Shown in pieces: positions 56,308-64,000 of a DNA stretch of 64,000 bases. Both the position numbers and the translations under genes were made by a program. The notes below the pieces were generated by a model, which was not told where the DNA came from, ran no database searches, and saw only the letters and a list, made by a program, of their open reading frames with translations. Numbering within the stretch: position 1 is the stretch's first letter; every line of letters begins with the position of its first letter. The DNA comes from the human T2T-CHM13v2.0 reference genome, Homo sapiens. The stretch lies in the NCBI RefSeq assembly GCF_009914755.1, contig NC_060930.1; one strand, given 5' to 3'.

Positions 56308-57017
56308 TTTTTAAATAATTTCAACTATTATTTTAAATTTGGGGGTGCATATGCAGGTTTGTTACATGTGTGTATTGCATGATGCTGAGTTTTAGGGTAG
56401 AAATGATCCCATCACCCAAGTAGTGAGCATAATACTTAGGTCATTTTTTAGCCTTTGCCACCCTCCCTCTCTACCCCTGCTAATTGTCCCCAGTGCCTAT
56501 TGTTTCCATCTTTAGCTCCATGTTTGCCCAATGCTTAGCTCCCACTTGTAAGTAAGAACATGTGGTATTTGGTTCTCTGTTCTTGCATTACTTTGCATAG
56601 AATAATGGACTCCAGCTGCATTCATGTCGCAACAAAGGACATGGTTTCACTCTTTTTTATGGCTGTGTAGTATTCCATGGTGTATATATACATTTTCTTT
56701 ATCCAGTGCATCATTGATGGGCACCTAGGTTGATTCCATGTCTTTGCTATTGTTAACAGTGTTGTGATGAACACAGACGTGCAGGGGTCTTTTTGGTAGA
56801 ACGATTAATTTTCCTTTGGATATATATTCAGTAATGGGATTCCTAGGTCAAATGCTCATCCTGTTTTAAGTTCTTTGAGAAATCTCCAAACTGCTTTAAC
56901 ATAGTGGCTGAACAAATTTACATTCCTTCCAAGAGTGTATAAGTGTTCCCTTTCTCCACAGCCTCACCACCATGTTACTTTTTGACATTTTAATAATGTC
57001 GATTCTGACTGATGTGA
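56308..57017 (-). mobile_element. LINE-1 3' end, L1PA15/16-like
   Basis: Antisense 3'UTR gcaggtttgttacatg...gatcccatcacccaagtagtgagcat...gctcccacttgtaagt. Confidence 0.82.
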
Positions 57018-57993
57018 CATTAATATTTGTTGACATGCAGATGCCAATAAACATTGCCCTGCCAGAAATATCTATCTGTTGCACCACTTGGGTGTGTGCT
57101 TTTAGGGGGATTTCCTCTCAAGTTTCAGCTATTAGCTCTTCACCATGTATTTTTCTTTTCTGAGTATCTCTGCCGTACTCTGTACATAGTTCTCCCTGTG
57201 AGATCACATACACTGTCAGTAATTTGTTCCATAAAAATGCTTTTTAAATCTATGTAAGGTGTACATCAATCAGGTAATGAAACACATTCTTGTTTGATTT
57301 ATGAAATCACACTCAATGCTACATGGGACATTTACCCCTCTAATACTGGCCTCAAGGATACAGTCTTACATTTCCACCTTCCTTGGAGATATATTGAATA
57401 TTCTGCCTTCGAATATAGCCAAAATGAATTCAAAAATTTCTGCCAAATCACTGTTCTCCAATATGAACTCCATATTATCCTCAAAAAAATATGTAGCAAA
57501 TTGACAGACCACTGTCCTTTTTCTCATTTCATTCCCCTTGCCTAGAAGGCTATATTCGTGTATGGAGAGCCCACTCATCCTTTAAGATCCACCTTCAATT
57601 TGAAACTTTTACTTGCTCTCCCAGTTGAGCATATTCTCACCTTCTTTAGAACAAAATTTGTTTGGGATACACCACTGAGTTTTGCGTTTATAAAATTCAT
57701 CATCGTCTTGTGAATTACTTTCCTACGTGAACATTATTTTTGCAATTAAATTGAAATTATCTCAGAAAAATGGAACTTCCTTATAATTCTATAGATACAT
57801 ACTTGACAGTACTATTCAACTGCAGAGATTAGACCTCATTAAGAGTTTGTTTATAATTATAGCACCTTAGTGTAATTCACCTATTCAGTTTACTGGTTTT
57901 AGAGTAATTCTGAAAGAAATCTTAATAGAGATATTCGGTGATGAGCAAAAAGCTCATACGTACCTAGAAGCAAAGAAGAGGCAGAAAGAAAAG

Positions 57994-58527
57994 TGTATTA
58001 GTCAGGGTTCTCTAGAGGGACAGAACTAATAGGATAGATGTATATATGAAAGGGAGTTTATTAAGGAGAATTGACTCACACGCTCACAAGGTGAAGTCCC
58101 CCGATAGGCCGCGTGCAAGCTGAGGAGCGAGGAAGCCAGCAGTGGCTCAGTCCGAGTCCCAAAACCTCAAAAGTAGGGAAGCTGACAGTATAGCCTTCAG
58201 TCTGTGGCAGAAGACCTGAGAGCCCCGACAAACCACTGGTGTAAGTCCAAGAGTCCAGAAGCCAAAGAACTTGGAGTCTGATGTTCAAAGGCAGGAAGCA
58301 TCCAGCGCGGGAGAAAGATAAACGCTGGAAAACTCAGCAAGTCAGCTTCTTCCGCCTTCTTCTGTCTTAAAGCCAAGGTGACAGCTGATTGGATGGTGCC
58401 CACCCACATTGTGGGTGGGTCTTCCTCCCCCAGTCCACTGACTCAAATGTTAATCTCCTCTGGCAACACCCAGAGACACCCAGCAACAATACTTTGCATC
58501 CTTCAATCCAAAGGATTAACCATCACA
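57994..58527 (-). mobile_element. MLT2A2-like solo LTR (HERV-L)
   Basis: tgtattagtcagggttctctagagggacagaac...attaaccatcaca; 534 bp. Confidence 0.88.
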
Positions 58528-59409
58528 AAGAGCAAGAAACAAAGAATGGTAGGAAAGAGAAGACAACATACTTTGTTTCACTCATATTTTTATTGGAGCA
58601 ATCCCTTTTCCTAGGTCAAAATTTTTAGTTATAGAACATTTAATAAATCTTTGCATTTACAGATTTTTTCCAAAATCTTATAAAAATCTTCAAATATGCA
58701 GCAAAGTTGAAAGAATTTAAAATAAACACCAGTACATTCACTTCCTAAATTTACCACTAGTATTTTATTTATTTTTAACCCTGTATTTACTCATCTCCCC
58801 GTCATCAAGCTCTATTCGTTTTAAAGTAAATCACAGAATCTATATTCTTCTGCTTAAGTACTTCTGAATGCAGATTATAAAGAAGAGTGCAATTTTTTTA
58901 CAGCTTATTTTCTTTTATTTAAAATTTACTGCATACCATTATCTGACCATACCATTATGTGACAGCTACACTGGGACAGCTCTGTGCTTAACAACTGGAG
59001 ATGCCTAGAAAAGTCTGGGACCAAGATAAAACAAGTGGGTTAACTAACGATTAATACTGTGCTGTTTAATTTTCCCATTTTATACTTTACACCCAAGACC
59101 AACTTGTTTATTGATCGCTTACACCTGGTGTAACTGGTTAAATGTTTACTAGCTTGGCAATGTGACTAATCAGCATAAAAGATCCAGCTGGAAAGTTTTT
59201 CCCGGTCTCATGAAACTCATATTCTTCATTCCATATTGGTGGCTTATAATCCACAGACTAAGAGTGTTATATGAGACAAATCCCTGCGGAGCTGTGCCCA
59301 GGAGTCTCTCTGGCCCCCAGGCTTGCATATACTTTCTTTCTCCAGTTGTGCCATTCTTTTCACCTTGATTCAAGGCTTACATGAGTATTCTCCTTGAGGG
59401 TTTTTTTTT

Positions 59410-60760
<1,351 letters not shown>

Positions 60761-61804
60761 TAACCTGCAGAAGCATAAAAAGTAATAAATCATTGTTGTT
60801 TTAAACTGTAATTTTTTGGGTGGTTTAATATACAATAATAACGCACTTGTCTATATACATAGGTTAAAGGTAAAATTTTAAAAATAAGTTTAAAAAATGA
60901 GAGATTTGATTCAGTCTCACCCATCTAAAGGGTGCTGAACTGATAAAAGCTGAACATTTTTATTACAATAAATATAAATCATAACTTTCTTATATATTCC
61001 CCCATTCAGGCATGAATACTAAGGAATTCAAATTCTTCATGCATTATGCAAAGACTGACACAGAAACTCTTGAAATCTCACAAGAATGGAGCTCCACTTT
61101 AAAATTTTGGTTGGTACTTTTTTTAAGTGCTAGCTCTTGATAATTTGTTTGATGTAGCCAATAACACTTCTTCAATGTGAAAAATCAGTCGACTAAAATT
61201 ATTTGAGTCACAAAAAATTGGAGATGAGATTTATATAGTTATGGTTGTAATGTATAATAATTATATTATAATGTAATATATAATGTAATACAATCAATTA
61301 TAATGTAAAACAATCAATTAAAAAGATTGTAAGAGCATCTGTCCTCATTTACACCAGGGGACAATAATAATATGATATGCTCTTATTAACTGTATTAACT
61401 AATTAATGTTAATGAAGATTGTGGGTGTCTTGTTTTTCTTGAGAAGACAGTTACAAACTTCAAAGCTGTGTTTGACGCACTTATATTTGAATACAAAGAG
61501 ATTAACAAAATCAAAAATCTTTTGTAAATAAATTATATTATTTTGTGTTTTAAAATTTCATGTGTCTCTGGAAAAGAGTAATTTTAAAACCTTAAGAACA
61601 GTAGAGCCATCTAAATTTGGGGGAGATATGGAAAAAGTACATCCTCTAAAATAATTTTCTTTAATTTGAAATCACAAAAATATACAGCCTAATAATGAAA
61701 TGATTATATTATGTTTGGGATAAGTTATTAAAGAGTATTCCTTTACTTGGGTTATATTAGGTTAAGACTTGGTTTTTATCCTGAAAGTGTATACTAGGAT
61801 CCAT

Positions 61805-63060
61805 GTCCATCCATTCACTCCACAAATATTTATTAAATACCCAGCTTTATGCCAGGTGTTGTTAAGAGCTCTGCAAATACAAAAATGAGCAAAATTAAAA
61901 AGTTTTTACCCTCATGGAGCTGACTTTATAATGAGAAGAAGGAATTCTTAACTAAATTATATAGTGGAAATAAGTACTCTAGAGACAAATAAAACAGGTT
62001 AAAGTGTTGGTGAGTGGTGAAAGAAGAGGGAACACTATGTGCTAGGGAAAGACCTATCTGATAGATGATGCTCAAGGAGATAATTGAAGGGCATAGAGAG
62101 CCAGCCATTTAGCTTGCTGGAGGAAAAGTGGTCCAAGAAAAGGAAGAGAAAGGGCAAAAGCCTCAGAACAAAACTATGTGCCTATCTTCCAGAAATCCAA
62201 TGAGGCTGGCACAGAGTGACATTAGGGATATATAGCTGGGGTCAAACTATATCATATCTCTTAGCGTACTATAGACTTCTTTTTCTTTTTTTCCCGTGAC
62301 TGAGAAGGTAAACCACTGGATGACTTTGAGTAGAGAAGCGACATAACCTAACTCTTTTATAATTCACCCTTTCTGCTCCATGAGCAAACATCAAGGTTAA
62401 GAATGGAAAGTGTCGCAGCAATTAGGAGACTAGACAGTTATCCACTTAAGAGATGTTTGTGCCTTGGACCAGCAGGGCTAGCACTGGACATGACCATAAT
62501 GTGGCTGGATAAACAAGTCTAGAGTTCAAGAGAGAAGACTGGCTTGGAGTTCTAAATTCGAGGGACCATACCATATAGGTGGTATTTAAAGCTTCAAAAT
62601 TGGATGATACCTCTTTCTAAGTGGATATGGTTAGAAAATAAAGTGTTGAGGGAGACAGAGGAAGAACAAGTTAAGAAGCTGTGAAATAAAACCAGAGGTT
62701 GGAGGTAAAACAGGCAAATGCTATGTATCCGAAGCTAAGTAAAGAAAGTGTACTAAGAAGAAAGGAGAGTCATCTACTGTGTCAAATGGTGCTAGTAGGT
62801 TTAGCAAGGTGAGGTCTGAGAAATGACTGTTGGATTTGTCAATATGAGTGAAAGGCACTGGTGAAAGGAACAATTTTGATGGTGTGGTGGGGTAAATGCT
62901 TAGGGGACAGACCATTCTTCCTTAGACTTTGGGGTAAGAGGGGACTGAGAAATGGAGATGCCAATTGTAGCAGAAAAATTGGCCAGAAAAAGGATTTTTT
63001 AATGTAAGAAATCATAACACTTTCATAAGCAGCTAGAAATGATGCAATGGAGAAAAAGAA
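61805..63060 (-). mobile_element. L2 (L2a-like) long fragment
   Basis: Antisense L2 tail cattcactccacaaatatttattaaatacc; minus ORF 62721-62915 has LLNLLAPFDTVD, matching the L2/CR1 RT motif LLDLSAAFDTVD. Confidence 0.8.
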
Positions 63061-63198
63061 AAACTGATGACCTATGTAAGAAGAACCCAACAGTAAAACA
63101 TCATGGAACATTTCTCTAGATTCACCCAATCCCTGTGTTCCGTCTTCAGAGCTAACTCTTGCTCTTCCTTCTGCTGCCACCTTCGTGGAATGACTTCT

Positions 63199-63511
63199 TT
63201 TTTAATTTTATTTAATTTTATTTATTTTTTGAGACGGAGTCTTGCTCTGTCACCCAGGCTGAAGTGCAGTGGCACTTTCAGCTCACTGCAACCTCTGCCT
63301 CCCGGGTTCAAGCAATTCTCCTGCCTCATTCTCCCCAAGTAGCTGGGACTACAGGCACACACCACCACGCTCAGCTAATTTTTGTATTTTTAGTGCAGAT
63401 GGGGTTTCGCCATGTTGGCCAGGCTGGTCTGGAACTCCTCACTTCAGGCGACCCACTCGCCTCGGCCTCCAAAAGTGCTGGGATTACAGGCATGAGCTAC
63501 TGTGCCAGGCC
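63199..63511 (-). mobile_element. AluSx-like
   Basis: Full dimer; TSD gtggaa(t/g)gacttct at 63185-63198 and 63514-63527. Confidence 0.92.
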
Positions 63512-63844
63512 CTGTGGAAGGACTTCTGAAGCCTCATTAGTTGCTTCTAGCTCTTCATCTCTGGCTCCATTCTCCAGAAATCTATGCCTCAGTCCTCCTC
63601 TCTTGTCTCAGTAAAGCATGCCCTCATCCTTCATTAGACAATTTTAAAATGATTTCACCTTACTTTCCGAATGTATCCTACACCTATTTTGAATCTAATA
63701 GTCTTAAATAGTTTAGCAAGAGGCATTTGGTATGTGGGTGCATACTTTTGCAATATTTATAAGAAAATGTTCAGTTTTATTCGCGCTAACTTTAGAGCCA
63801 AGCAAAGAACATTTATTTCTTTATTAGAAAATTCTGAAACGTGG

Positions 63845-64000
63845 GGATATAGTTTGGATATTTGTCCCTGCCTAAATCTCATGTTGAAGTGCAGTACCCA
63901 GTGTTAGAGGTAGGGCCTGGTGGAAGGTGTTTGGATCTAGGAGCAGATCCTTCACGAATGGCTTGGGCTATCCCCTTGGTGATGAGTAAGCTCTCACTCT
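63845..64000 (+). mobile_element. MSTB-like MaLR LTR, runs off the right edge
   Basis: gatatagtttggatatttgtccc...aaatctcatgttga...gggcctggtggaaggtgtttggatc. Confidence 0.82.

Noticed and set aside
63103-63614. ORFs of 79-116 aa (also those at 5493, 13827, 30205 and 60118)
   Set aside because: Typical Alu-derived translations.

Overview
Repeat-dense primate genomic DNA, most likely hominoid/human given the L1PA3, AluY and young LTR7. It is intergenic or deep intronic: I can support no host protein-coding exon, tRNA/rRNA gene or CRISPR array, and essentially all longer ORFs in the track trace to transposons or low-complexity DNA. The largest elements are the 3' 3.6 kb of an L1PA3 sitting inside an LTR8-family LTR, an apparently full-length ~7.6 kb L1MA3-like element, a two-LTR internally deleted HERV-H provirus (43583-49701) and an L1PA13-like element with nested MER41 and THE1C LTRs. 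There is also a deleted THE1A provirus, a 1.4-kb AT-rich minisatellite, a solo LTR30-like LTR, MLT2A2, several Alus and L2/MIR/L1M fragments. I see no convincing new multi-gene system. The most interesting items are structural. The HERV-H integrated into the first 7 nt of an Alu, keeps both ACAAAAGA (SOX-type) motifs only in its 5' LTR, and has Trp-to-stop G-to-A hypermutation. There is an unassigned 90-nt near-perfect hairpin at 15341-15430, several locally templated repair scars, and a near-perfect RFX X-box. Subfamily names come from remembered consensus sequences, not a database search.
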